Of a stretch of DNA of 64,000 nt, positions 12,267-33,077 are shown piece by piece. Made by a program: the position numbers and the translations under genes. Each line of letters begins with the position of its first letter. Within the stretch, counting starts at the first letter, position 1. Below the pieces are notes generated by a model. The model was not told the DNA's origin. It saw only the letters and a list, made by a program, of their open reading frames with translations, and did not search any database. Source of the DNA: Chrysomallon squamiferum (Eukaryota; Animalia; Mollusca). Where the stretch lies: contig CM022668.1 of NCBI GenBank assembly GCA_012295275.1, positions 2,170,001 through 2,234,000 of the forward strand. Direction: 5' to 3'.

Positions 12267-13159
12267 GATTGGTATGTTATACAGGAAGAGCAGATGAAAG
12301 AAATCTAAATACTACAATTGTTTACAAACTCTATTTTCAGATTACAAGTGAATACCACAGAGCATTTGCCCTTCTGAGAAAAATACTTTCACTGAATTCA
12401 AAACGCATGAAGCAGTCGTGTGAACAGAACGTCATTCTGCCATGGCAAAATTGTTTTATTCGGCCCAGATATCCTTTTATGCTACTGGTTGTCTATAAAT
12501 TAATTGCAGATTTAAGAATAACTAACTTACAGGATCCTATTGGTATGTTTATTTATACTTTTACACATTATATTTTTATATACTATTTCTAATTGATAAA
12601 TATATTTACCGAATGTCAAAATTTTAATCATTTAGACTGCTTTACAATCTGTATATCTCTAAGTCATTGTCATTGTGACAGATGGTTGGAATGATAAAGA
12701 AGGATAAATACATATATATATCATCACCAGAATTCATAGCACGCATTACTACTTCAGATCTAAAACTGTTATTTTTAAAACCAAGAGAGAAACAAGTTGT
12801 AACAGATTAAGAAATTTGTATCAAATATTCTGAATATTTTCTGAGTTTTGTAACACTGAACTAATTTGACTCAAAGATGAGTTATCTGTTTTTCAGAAAC
12901 TCTGCTTGCCGCCACAGCGAATAGGTATCCTGGAATCTCTAGAACTGAAAGATTTCGTAAATGTTTTGGACTGGATATCTCTTGGTGTATAAATCCGCGT
13001 TTAAGTCGAGAGTTCCAGCTGGTGTTTTGTAGCAGCTGTTGTGTGAGTGGTGCACATAAAGGATGTGCACGTTGTCGCTCTGTGTTTTACTGCAGCATGC
13101 AATGTCAGAGAAAAGACAGGAATGAACACAAAAAAATCTGCAGAAAACCATCGTCTTAA
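8390..13159 (+). CDS. DUF4470-domain protein with C-terminal MYND zinc finger, copy A (short form, ~676 aa)
   Basis: Phase-consistent GT-AG exons: 8390-8405, 8612-9383, 10278-10341, 10582-10721, 11053-11398, 11874-12101, 12341-12542, 12897-13159 (2031 nt, no stop found). YYPVGNTPPKDL...LLLGCGDIRNIL is the DUF4470 signature. CSSC...CARCRSVFYCSMQCQRKDRNEHKKIC is a zf-MYND. Confidence 0.75.
11465..11780. repeat. Intronic ~32-bp minisatellite (aaatcttgtttatatttcacaa..cagata)
   Basis: About 10 units. The shorter mirrored array is at ~19800-19930. Confidence 0.8.
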
Positions 13160-13555
13160 CTGAAAACGTAAACTATTCATCTTAACTGTGAAACTGTAAA
13201 CTATCCATCTTAACTGTGAAAATGTAATTTTCATCTTACTTGTGAAAAGATACATTTTTCAAATTAACTATTCAATTTAACTCTGAAAATGTAAATCTTC
13301 AACTTAACTATGAAAATCTAAACACTTGATCTTAACTGTGAAAATGTAAACTATTTGTTTAACTGTGAAGATGTGAACTTAAATCTTAATTGTGGAAATG
13401 TAAACTGTTAATCTTTATTGTGAAAATGTAAACTTTTAATCTGAATTATTCTTAACTGCGAATATGTAAACATTTTACCTCAACTGTAAAACTGTAAACG
13501 TTTCATTTTACCACTGAAATGTTAACTTCTCATCCTAACTGTGAAACTGTAATAT
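13156..13555. repeat. ~27-bp degenerate minisatellite in the 3' UTR (ttaactgtgaaaatgtaaac...)
   Basis: Repeated units begin at the stop codon. Mirrored at ~18020-18443. Confidence 0.8.
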
Positions 13556-14958
13556 TACAGTGAAATGTGGTGTATGTTTATGTAACATTAACACATTTCT
13601 GTTACTTTTTATAAGGTATATAATTTTATCTGATACTTGAACGCTGAGCTATGATGACCAATCTATAAATAACTAATGACACAAGGTAGAATAAAGTAAT
13701 GGCAAAATGTAAGAATTAAAATTCTGTAAATATACATTTTTTAATATATATATATATATATATATAGAAAAGAAACTTAGTAAAAAATTCAGAAGTAATA
13801 TATGGTGAACGTTTTGTTTCCAAAAGTATTTGTTCTTTTATTAAAATAACTTTTCATGTGTTTAGTTTAGTTAGTCTAAATATTTTAATTGTTTCAGTAA
13901 TGTAGTAGATGACCACTTTGCCACATCAAAACTGTGTTATGTGCTTGTTTTATGTTAATTATTTCAGTTACTTGTACTTAAGGAGCGTACTTCGCTCGTG
14001 TGTTCTTACAACACCTGACTTTGGTTGAATAGACTTTTATTTTTTCTTATCATAACTGGGACATGCAATTAGTTATAAATCAGTTGATTATTATTGTATA
14101 TTTTATGTTTTAAAAAATAAACCTATAATATTTGTTTTAATATCGTTACAGCTCTGTGTTTTTGTTTTGTGAAAAGAGAATAACAAACACAGACAACAAA
14201 GAGGAACATTATTGTAATACATGTAGCAATTTTATAATCATTTATATCAGCATTACAAATATTTCAATGTACTTAGTATATAGTTACTTATCTAATTATA
14301 ATGTGGTTAGATATGTAAATTTCCTTGAAGAAAAAATAAAATAAATAAATAGTTTATTATGAGACATGAAGTTAATAAATTTCATTACATTTTTTATATC
14401 TTTGTCTTTAATTAGAAAAAATAATAAAATAAATTTTAAATGAAATCAACTGTAATTATTGAAATAAGCATTGTTGCATTTCTAAAGTGTGCGTATGTAT
14501 ATATGTATGTGCGTGTGTTTCTGTGTGTGTATTTCTATGTACTCAGGTATAACCATGTGTATACGTCTGTGTATGTGTGTGTGTATGTATATGTGTTTAT
14601 GTGTGTGTAAGTGTGTTTGTGCATGTGTGTGTATACGTGTGTATGTAATGTGAGATGGACTCAAATATGGTAATATTTTTGCTTTTGATAAAAAACTAAA
14701 CATCATGAAGTGAATTTAACAGCTAAAAGAGTAAAAACCTGTACATACACACACAGGCTGATATTGACTGTTATTTTTAATTTAGTAACAACAGCTTCTC
14801 TATAATAATTCTTTACATAAACACGACATCACATACCATGCATTTTGAAAAACCAGTCAAAATATAAAAACTGGTGTACAGCAGTATTCTGCACTACAGT
14901 GACAAAAATCAGTCAACACTAATAAAATATTAAAAATATTTATTAAACAACACACAGG

Positions 14959-15277
14959 TCAAATGACCTTTTTGTTTTATTCCAGACATTCTGACATTGT
15001 TTTCGAATTTTCTATTTCTTTGTGAATGTCTGACTTAGAATTTTTAAAAATGTGTAAATGAGAATCTTCTCTTTCTCTCTGTTGTTTCTTGACAGTTTTT
15101 TTAAAGTTTTGTTGACTTATCGCGTTCAGTATGAAACATGTCATCATTTATTTTTTTGTGTTAGTTCTATGAATATATCAGTTATCTTCCCTTCACTTAT
15201 CTGTTTCTCTAGTTTCTTTGTTGCCATGGAGAACATGTACTCTGATGGATCGACTCCGTATACCTTTCCAGAACCAT
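14959..15277 (-). pseudogene. Methyltransferase last-exon fragment with internal deletion (arm A)
   Basis: Homologous to 33078-33700 (DGSGKVYGVDPSEYMFSMATK). Lacks about 300 bp of the core and abuts the gap at the intron boundary. Confidence 0.85.
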
Positions 15278-15288
15278 CTAGAAATAAA

Positions 15289-15488
15289 NNNNNNNNNNNN
15301 NNNNNNNNNNNNNNNNNNNNNNNNNNNNNNNNNNNNNNNNNNNNNNNNNNNNNNNNNNNNNNNNNNNNNNNNNNNNNNNNNNNNNNNNNNNNNNNNNNNN
15401 NNNNNNNNNNNNNNNNNNNNNNNNNNNNNNNNNNNNNNNNNNNNNNNNNNNNNNNNNNNNNNNNNNNNNNNNNNNNNNNNNNNNNNNN
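15289..15488. other. Assembly gap (200 N)
   Basis: Run of exactly 200 N, which looks like a fixed-size scaffold join. Confidence 0.99.
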
Positions 15489-16322
15489 AAGTAGAAAACT
15501 GTCATAATGTACACTCTTCTCATTCTCTGTGCAGTTATTCTTATTTTCTGTGAATTCGTAGTTAGCTGCATATCAGCATTTTGTCTGTTGGTTTGTATTT
15601 TACTCATGTTTATATGTTGCCTGGCAGTTTGTATTAATTGTGTCCATATTTAATCTCTTCGTTGTTATTTAACTTTGTGTCCATATTTTGTCCGTCAGTT
15701 TGTATTTAACTGTTTGTCCATATTTTGTCTGTTCGTTTATTTATAACTTTGTGTCAATATTTTGTCACTCTTTTTGTATTAACTGTGTCCATATTTTGTC
15801 TGTTCGTTTATTTATAACTTTGTGTCAATATTTTGTCATTGTTTTGGAACTGTGTCCATATTTTGTCCGTTTTTTAAAATGGACATATTTTATCTTTATA
15901 AAAACAAAAAAAAACAAGGGTAACAATAATAATAATAGTAATAATAATAACAACAACAACAACAATAACAACAATAATAATAATGTTCTGTTAATGGCAT
16001 TTTTCATCTCAGTAAATAAACAAATAAATTATAACAATAACAACAACAACGGTCGTTATAATAATAACAACAACAACAACAACAATAAGAATAATGTTCT
16101 GTTAATGGCATTTTTCATCTCAGTAAATAAACAAATAAATAAACAATAACAACAACAACGGTCGTTATAATAATAACAACAAGAACAGAAATAATAACAG
16201 AAATAATAACCTCTTAATTTAAAATGATGTAAATAAAAGTGAAAAAATGGACTACATTTATTTTATTTAAATTAAATTACATCTTGTCAACTTAGGTAAC
16301 TTTGTTGATGTTTTATTTCTAG

Positions 16323-16656
16323 ATGGTTCTGGAAAGGTATACGGAGTCGATCCGTCAGAGTACATGTTCTCCATGGCAACAAAGAGACTAGAGAAACAGA
16401 TAAGTGAAGGGAAGATAACTGATATATTCGCAGAACTAGCACAAAAAGAAATAAATGATGACATGTTTCATACTGAACGCGATGATTTTGATAATGTTTG
16501 TCAACTAAACATGAAAAAACAGTCAAGAAACAACAAAGAGAAAGAGAAGATTCTCATTTACACATTTTTAGAAATTCTGAGTCAGACATTCACAAAGAAA
16601 TAGAAAATTTTAAAACAAAGTCAGAAAGTTTGGAACAAAACAAAAAGGTCATTTGA
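16323..16656 (+). pseudogene. Methyltransferase last-exon fragment with internal deletion (arm B)
   Basis: Acceptor tttctag, then GSGKVYGVDPSEYMFSMATKRLEKQISEGKIT-D-IFAELAQKEIN. The parent has about 101 more codons between KIT and IFAE. The upstream 15600-15880 region resembles the parent's intron repeat (~34000-34250). Confidence 0.85.
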
Positions 16657-18439
16657 CCTGTGTGTTGTTTAATAAATATTTTTAATATTTTATTAGTGTT
16701 CACTGATTTTTGTCACTGTAGTGCAGAATACTGCTCTACACTAGTTTTTATATTTTGACAGGTTTGTCAAAATGCATGGTACGTGATGTCGTGTTTATGT
16801 AAAGAATTGTTATAGAGAAGCTGTTGTTACTAAATTAAAAATAACAGTCAATATCAGCCTGTGTGTGTATGTACAGGTTTTTACTCTTTTAGCTGTTAAA
16901 CTCACTTCATGATGTTTAGTTTTTTATCAAAAGCAAAAATATTACCATATTTGAGTACATCTCACATTACATACACACGTAGACACACACATGCACAAAC
17001 ACACTTACACACACATAAACACATATACATACACACACACATACTTTCACGTATACACATGGTTATACATGAGTACATAGAAATACACACACACGCACAT
17101 ACATACATACATACGCACACTTTAGAAATGCAACAATGCTTATTGCAATAATTACAGTTGATTTCATTTAAAATTTATTTTATTATTTTTTCTAATTAAA
17201 GACAAAGATATAAACATTTTAATGAAATTTATTAACTTCATCTCTCATAACAAACTATTTATTATTTTTTTTTTTTTTCAAGGAAATTTACATATCTAAC
17301 CACATTATAATTAGATAAGTAACTATATACTAAGTACATTGAAATATTTGTAATGCTGATATAAATGATTATAAAATTGCTATATGTATTACAATAATGT
17401 TCCTCTTTGTTGTCTGTGTTTGTTATTCTCTTTTCACAAAACAAAAACACAACGCTGTAACGATATTAAAACAAATATTATGGGTTTATTTTTAAAAATA
17501 TAAAATATACAATAATAATCAACTGATTTATAACTAACTGCATGTCCCAGTTATGATAAGAAAAAATAAAAGTCTATTCAACCAAAGTCAGGTGTTGTAA
17601 AAACATACGAGCGAAGTACGCTCCTTAAGTACAAGTAACTGAAATAATTAACATAAAACAAGCACATAACACAGTTTTGATGTGGCAAAGTGGTCATCTA
17701 CTACATTACTGAAACAATTAAAATATTTAGACTAAACTAAACACATGATAACTTACTTTAATAAATTCAGAAATACTTTTGGAAACAAAACGTTCACCAT
17801 ATATTACTTCTGAATTTTTTACTAAGTTTCTTTTCTATATATATATATTTACAGAATTTTAATTCTTACATTTTGCCATTACTTTATTCTACTTTGTATC
17901 ATTAGTTATTTATAGATTGGTCATCATAGCTCAGCGTTCAGGTATCAAATAAAATTATATACCATATAAAAAGTAACAGAAATATGTTAATGTTACATAA
18001 ACATACACCACATTTCACTGTAATATTACAGTTTCACAGTTAGGATGAGAAGTTAACATTTCAGAGGTAAAATGAAACGTTTACAGTTTTACAGTTGAGC
18101 TAAAATGTTTACCTATTCGCAGTTAAGTGAATGGGTTACGTTTTCGCATTCATGAATAGTTCAGATTAAAAGTTTACATTTTCACAATAAAGATCAACAG
18201 TTTACATTTCCACAATTAAGATTTAAGTTCACAGTTAAACAAATAGTTTACATTTTCACAGTTAAGATCAAGAGTTTAGATTTTCACAGTTAAGTTGAAG
18301 ATTTACATTTTCAGAGTTAAATTGAATAGTTAATATGAAAAATGTATCTTTTCACAAGTAAGATGAAAATTACATTTTCACAGTTAAGATGGATAGTTTA
18401 CAGTTTCACAGTTAAGATGAATAGTTTACGTTTTCACAG

Positions 18440-26740
<8,301 letters not shown>

Positions 26741-27122
26741 GTTTTCTTTTGATCTTACTGTGACAGTGTGACTGAAAGTGAAATTTATATTAAATGATTA
26801 ACAAGAAATTCAAAGTGAAAGTAAAAGTGTACAGAAATGTGTGTATTCGTGTAAACAGCTCATATATGTTGTGTTATTGTGTGTATTCGATGTATTTGTA
26901 TTTATATATATGTTCATGTATATGCTTGTGTGTATGTATGTACTTGTGTGTATGTATGTATGTATTTATGTATAAAACATTCAATATTTTGTGACAGTTA
27001 ATACCAATATTCTTCTAGAAACCAATACCCTTCAAAAATATATTTAAAACTATTTTAAACACTATTCAGGAGATATCCTTTCTCAAAGTCTATAAAAAAC
27101 ATAAAAAGAAAAAAAAAGAAAG

Positions 27123-27153
<31 letters not shown>

Positions 27154-27204
27154 TTTGTAAAACTTGACATATCCTTTAAAAACGTTTTAAAATATTTCCG
27201 TACT

Positions 27205-30200
27205 TTTTATTGAATTAATTTGTAAATCCTGTTGATAGGCGTGTTATTCCAAAATCGCGTAGAGACTAAGATGTCTTTTAGACTCGGGTTTTTTCTGTAA
27301 GCTATGACGTCACGTGCTGTTAGTGGATTTTTCACAGTAGTCTGTAAGTTAAAATATTCTCCTTCATAATTGTACCAACGTCAACGTTGCGGCGGTTGTA
27401 AAGTTTTTTTTTTAATTTTTTTATTTCTGTCTTTACATTGGAATGGAATGGAAAAAAATGAACGTGCTAATCAGAGCAAGCTGTTGTGAAGCACGTCTGC
27501 GACGGGCACGCTTTCTGACAGGTCAGCGGGCGTGTCCGTCGAAAGATTCTTTACATTTGCCCGAGTCAACTTTTATTCCAAATGGTTTTAGGGTTTTTAA
27601 CGTGCGAATCCAAAACGCTTCTCGTTCATGTCTCGAGAAATTGACTTGAGACATGGCGTTTGTTCTATTTCAAAATTATCTTCCAATATATGACCAGGTA
27701 GGTTAAAGTATTTGGCGAGAGCAATATCAACTTTATGCCTAATATCGTATTTGTAACAACCAGTTCTGACTCGTAACATATTGTGTGTTTGGCCGAAGTA
27801 CTGTTTTTTACACAAGTTGCATCTTATGAAATACACAACATTTTTGGAATCGCAGTCCAGGTTAGTTCGGATTTGATGTTCACTTTTTGTTTGTTCGCTG
27901 TTGAACTTAGACTGAGATTTTATTATGTCGTGAAGCCTCAATCTGGTGTCTTTGCAGATCGCTGTAGATCCGGTACCCAAGTGAGGTGGAATATTATGTT
28001 GGATTTTACACGGTTTGAATGCGTCTGTTGGATCCAACGGTTTTTCTAATTCTATGTCGGTTTCAGATTTAATGTTCCTTAGAACTCGTTTTGAATAACC
28101 TGTCGATTTCAGAGCGCAAAATAGAACTGAACAGTGCAATAGTTGGTGGGTGTCCGTGGGTTTAAAAAATATTTTGTAAACTAAGTAATTTGATTGTTCA
28201 TATTGTATACCTTTGTAAATTGTTACATCCAAAAATCGCTTTAAGTTTTATATTATCATTTTGTTGATTTAATAATCGAAAATATTTCCAATATTCGTCT
28301 TTAGAATGTTGTCAAATAATAAGACTGTCATCTAAATATCTGAGATATAAAAATGGTTTCTTGATTGCTGTGTTTAGAGCCGATTCTTCTCATTCTCAGA
28401 TGTAAATGAAGGCAACATTTGGACTGAAACGCTTGCTCATGAAGCACGCACAAACCTGCTGACACATTTCCACGTTGTATTCAAAGTCTTTACCCTTTAG
28501 CTTAATTCAGGTGATTCCATAATACTTTCTGTTGGTCTGTCTGGATCTGGATATTTTCATACGCTCTCTCAACTGATTCTATACCCGCATCGGTGTTTAT
28601 CTTAGTGTACATGGAATCAGCTTCCAGGGTGACTAAAAAGGAGTTTCGTGATACTTTTGTTCTAGATATTTTAGATAAAAGATCATCTTTATTTTTAACA
28701 AAACTAGCATGTCGGTTTGCAACTGGTTTTAAATAAGAATCAATGTATTAAGAATCAATGTAATAAATGTTGTTAGATTCTGATCCACAATCAGAGATGA
28801 TTGGTCGACCTGGTGGTGTGTTAAAATCTGTCCATGTTATCACTGTCTTGTGTATTTTGGGGAGGAAATAAAATGTCCTAGTCTGAAAATCAAATCGTGA
28901 TGCTATGTAGTTCATCTCTTTTTTGTTTATGTGACCCTTTTCCTGCACACGAACAACAATTCTGTTGAATTTATTTTTATTGGTTGGCCAAATGGCTTAC
29001 TCCAATTTTTTATAATATTTCGTGTTATTTAGTTGTCTGTGGGCTTCGCGGATGTAATTTTCCCTTGACAAAATAACAGTTGCTGATCCTTTGTCTGCCA
29101 GTTTGATTATTATTTTGTGATTTTTGCGTGGATTGTTGAAAGCACGTCGTTCCATGACCGAGAGATTTTGTTTATTTTCCAACATTTTCATAGACTTTTC
29201 TCCAGATCAGTTTTTCAATTAGCGGGTGTCCAATGAATTTTCTGTGAATGGTTATTTTTCTCCACTTGAGTTTTTAAAATAATCGGCTGATTTCATCTTA
29301 TGTTAAAAAATAACCGTCATCGAGAAGACCTTGTAAACCAGTTTTGGGTTGAGGGGTGGGAACAAAGTTAAGGCCTCGGTTCAATAGAAACTTTTCAGCG
29401 GTTGTGAGAAAGTTATCGTTTCCTGTTAGATTTACGATGTTTGTACCTAACCCTATATTATGGTGGTTATTACCTTTACCTGAACTTATTTTAAATTTAA
29501 GTTATTTAGCCAATATTTAGATATATATTCTGTTGGCCGTCCCTTCGGTTCAACAGATAAGATCCTGGATCATTTGAAACTCGTTGTTTGGGATTGCTGG
29601 TAGTAGGTTTACATCCCTTAGAGTTTTGGCAGCCAAATTTATTTGTTTTCAGACGTGAATTTTGATTAGCCGAAATTTATCCGAGAAGTTTATTTCTGCA
29701 AAATATATTTTAGTTTTAGTGAATTTCTTCCGGATAGCGCTTATCATGTTTCTTAACTGGTTTGTGCTGGTTCACCGATTTTGGTCCTTGCAGTTTATTC
29801 CTATATTTAAGATTATGTTTTCTGCCTGCAACTTGCTTTTATGGTTAACGACCATTGTCCTAAAGTGATTAAAGTTGGCGCCTGGCTAGCATTCCACTTG
29901 GTCTTGACAATGCACATGTACATTAATCTGTGATAGATTTGATGAGCCAACAATCGTTGGTAAGCGCCACTGTGTTTTATCAGACCCAGTGTGTCTCTCT
30001 TTACAGAATTTAGACAGTCTAAATGTGGGAGATTTTAAGGCTTGGACGAATGATTTAAATGGTTCATTAACTTCAGGAGCGGCGCGTGGAACTTGAGCTT
30101 AGTTTTAGGAATTGGCGGGTTAGCCTTTAAGTCTGAACGTTTACACGGAGTACTCAGCCCGTTTTGGTCTACTTGCATGGGCGGTACCAGTTTGGGGGCT

Positions 30201-30665
30201 GCGATTCTTCACTCTCTTTTTTTATTCCTTTGGGGGTAGCCCAGAAACAACAACAAAAAAATCCGATGTCGTACAATCCGATAATTTTGTTTTGTAATTT
30301 TTTCTTCCTCACTTTTACACATTATATTTAGCTTTATCCAAATCTCACTTACTAACTGAACCTAAAGGACTGATTATTTTGGCCTTAAGAATTTTCAGGG
30401 AATTGACATAATGCTTGATTAGTAAGTGTAGTGTCTGAGCTGCCCAGTTTTAGTTTAGGTTCAAATCAAAAGTCACATATTGATTTTAAGTCCGGTTTTA
30501 TAAAATAATTTAATTATTTTAGTTTTCTTTGAAGGACTTGAGAGAGAGTAGATTGGGCGAGATATGATGTATGCACTGCAGAACGCCATACATCAGCTTT
30601 ACTAAACTTGGCAGAAGGTTTGTTTTCTTGCTTTTTGATTTTTGGCATTCTGTTTTGCCATGTTT
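27205..30665 (-). mobile_element. Decayed Penelope-like retroelement, copy B
   Basis: Mirror of 4770-7940. Retains the DVTIYKG...FKPTDTHQLLH...GYSKRVL thumb segment followed by GIY-YIG. Shares stop codons with copy A. Confidence 0.9.
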
Positions 30666-30717
30666 TCAAAGGTGAATATATATACACACAAAAGAAGGAA
30701 AAAAATATATATACAGC

Positions 30718-31525
30718 AAAACAAAAGTACAAGTAGATAAGTATACAAAACAAAATTACAAGTAGATAACCACACAAAACAAAATTACAAGTAGATAAGT
30801 ATACAAAACAAAAGTACAAGTAGATAACCACACACAACAAAAGTACAAGTAGATAAGTATACACAACAAAATTACAAGTAGATAACCACACACAACAAAA
30901 TTACAAGTAGATAACCACACACAACAAAAGTACAAGTAGATAACCACACACAACAAAAGTACAAGTAGATAAGTATACAAAACAAAATTACAAGTAGATA
31001 ACCACACACAACAAAACTACAAGTAGATAACCACACACAACAAAAGTACAAGTAGATAACCACACACAACAAAAGTACAAGTAGATAAGTATACAAAACA
31101 AAATTACAAGTAGATAACCACACACAACAAAACTACAAGTAGATAACCACACACAACAAAAGTACAAGTAGATAACCACACACAACAAAAGTACAAGTAA
31201 ATAACCACACACAACAAAAGTACAAGTAGATAACCACACACAACAAAAGTACAAGTAGATAAGTATACACAACAAAAGTACAAGTAGATAAGTATACACA
31301 ACAAAAGTACAAGTAGATAAGCATACACAACAAAAGTACAAGTAGATAAGTATACACAACAAAAGTACAAGTAGATAACCACACACAACAAAAGTACAAG
31401 TAGATAACCACACACAACAAAATTACAAGTAGATAACCACACACAACAAAAGTACAAGTAGATAACCACACACAACAAAAGTAAAAGTACATAACCACAC
31501 ACAACAAAAGTACAAGTAGATAAGT
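30718..31525. repeat. 29-bp minisatellite (acaacaaaagtacaagtagataaccacac), about 27 units
   Basis: Head-to-tail units with no spacers. Only about 2 units at the mirrored site 4665-4720. Confidence 0.95.
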
Positions 31526-32806
31526 ATGTACTTACAAAAAAGAAAGAATGTTTACACTGTCTGGCTGGCATTATCTCTGCATGAATGTATTATTTGTATG
31601 TATGTCTGTCAGTACATATGTATGTATGTATGTATGTATGTATGCATGTGTGTATGTATGTTATGTATGCGTGTATGTATGTATGTATGTATGAATGTAT
31701 GGATGTGTGTATGTATGTTATTATGTATGCGTGTATGTATGTATGTATGTATGAATGTATGGGTGTATGTATGTATGTATGCGTCAATGTATGTATGTAT
31801 GTGTGTATGTATGTACGTGTGTATGTATGTCTGTATGTGTGTATGTGTGTATGTATGTATGTATGTATGTATATGTACGTGTTTCTGTCTACAAGTCTAA
31901 ACATGTATATCTAATATATGTGTTTGTCTGATGCAATATATATGCGCATAGTTTCGTCTTTCAGTAAGAAAAAGTAAGTATTGTGACCTACATTTGATGT
32001 TTGCTTACGAGAATTGACGCGTAACGAGAAATGAAATTATAAAAATAATTTATTCATGAAGACTACAAAATATTTAATTAACAGGTAACTTACCTTGCTG
32101 CAGGTTCGAGTCTTCACGTCTCCAGATTTAGCGACACGACGTAACAAACTACGCAAAGCGATATCGAAAGAAAGATTTTGAATTTCCAAGAAAAATGGGT
32201 GAATAATAATCACGTGACAGAGTGTATAGATCGAGTGTTCTCTAGTTATTGAACTCTGATTAGTATGACAGGTTCTAATATTCCTGAGAAACTCAGCCAA
32301 GTAGTTGTCACGAATAATGAGTAGTTGTGGGTAAAAAGTAAATAAATTTTGTTTACAGAATATTTTTATCTACAATTACTCTCCATTATAATTTAAAATT
32401 TAAACCGTAAAATGATGATGATAATAATAACAATAATATTATTAAAATTAAGTATGATGATGATGATGCTGATAATAACAGTAGTAAAAATGATGATAAT
32501 ATGTATGAATGTATGTACGTGTTTCGATCAATCTATACATGTATGTCTAAAGTATGTATTTGATATATATAATGAATAATGTGACCTACATTTGACTGTT
32601 GACTTGCTGCAGATTCGTGTCTTCTCGTCTCCAGATTTAGCAATACGACGTAACAAGTGTGTGCGTGTGTGTGTGTTTATATGTACTCATGTATAACTAT
32701 GTCTACACATGTATGTATGTATATCTGCGTATCTAATGTGAGATGTACTCAAATATGGTAATATTTTTACTTCTGATCAAAAACAAAACATCATAAAGTG
32801 AATTTA

Positions 32807-32876
32807 ACAGATAAAAGTGTAAAAACCTGTACATACACACCTGTGTGTATGAACAGGTTTTTACACTTTTAGCTGT
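32807..32876. repeat. Short inverted repeat (hairpin, ~34-bp arms)
   Basis: acagataaaagtgtaaaaacctgtacatacaca pairs with tgtgtatgaacaggtttttacacttttagctgt (2 mismatches, tiny loop). Confidence 0.9.
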
Positions 32877-33077
32877 CAAATATTGACTGTTATATTTAAT
32901 TTAGTAACAGCAGCTTCTCTATAATAATTCTTTACATAAACACGACATCACATACCATGCATTTTGACAAACTAGTCAAAATATAAAAACTAGTGTACAG
33001 CACTATTCTGCACTACAGTGACAAAAATCAGTCAACACTAATAAAATATTAAAAATATTTATTAAACAACACACAAG

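Larger units (their letters stand above)
3845..15288. repeat. Inverted segmental duplication, left arm (A)
   Basis: Collinear reverse-complement match to ~16310-32415. The ORF track shows mirrored pairs: 8695+/26465-, 11093+/20302-, 11883+/19699-, 12269+/19295-, 14156+/17450-, 7202+/28232-. Confidence 0.95.

Noticed and set aside
15058-15607. ORFs spanning the N run
   Set aside because: Artefacts of translating through the gap.
30718-31525. 29-bp array as a CRISPR array or Cys-rich coding repeat
   Set aside because: Units are contiguous with no unique spacers, there are no cas genes, the context is eukaryotic, and the ORFs are repeat translations.
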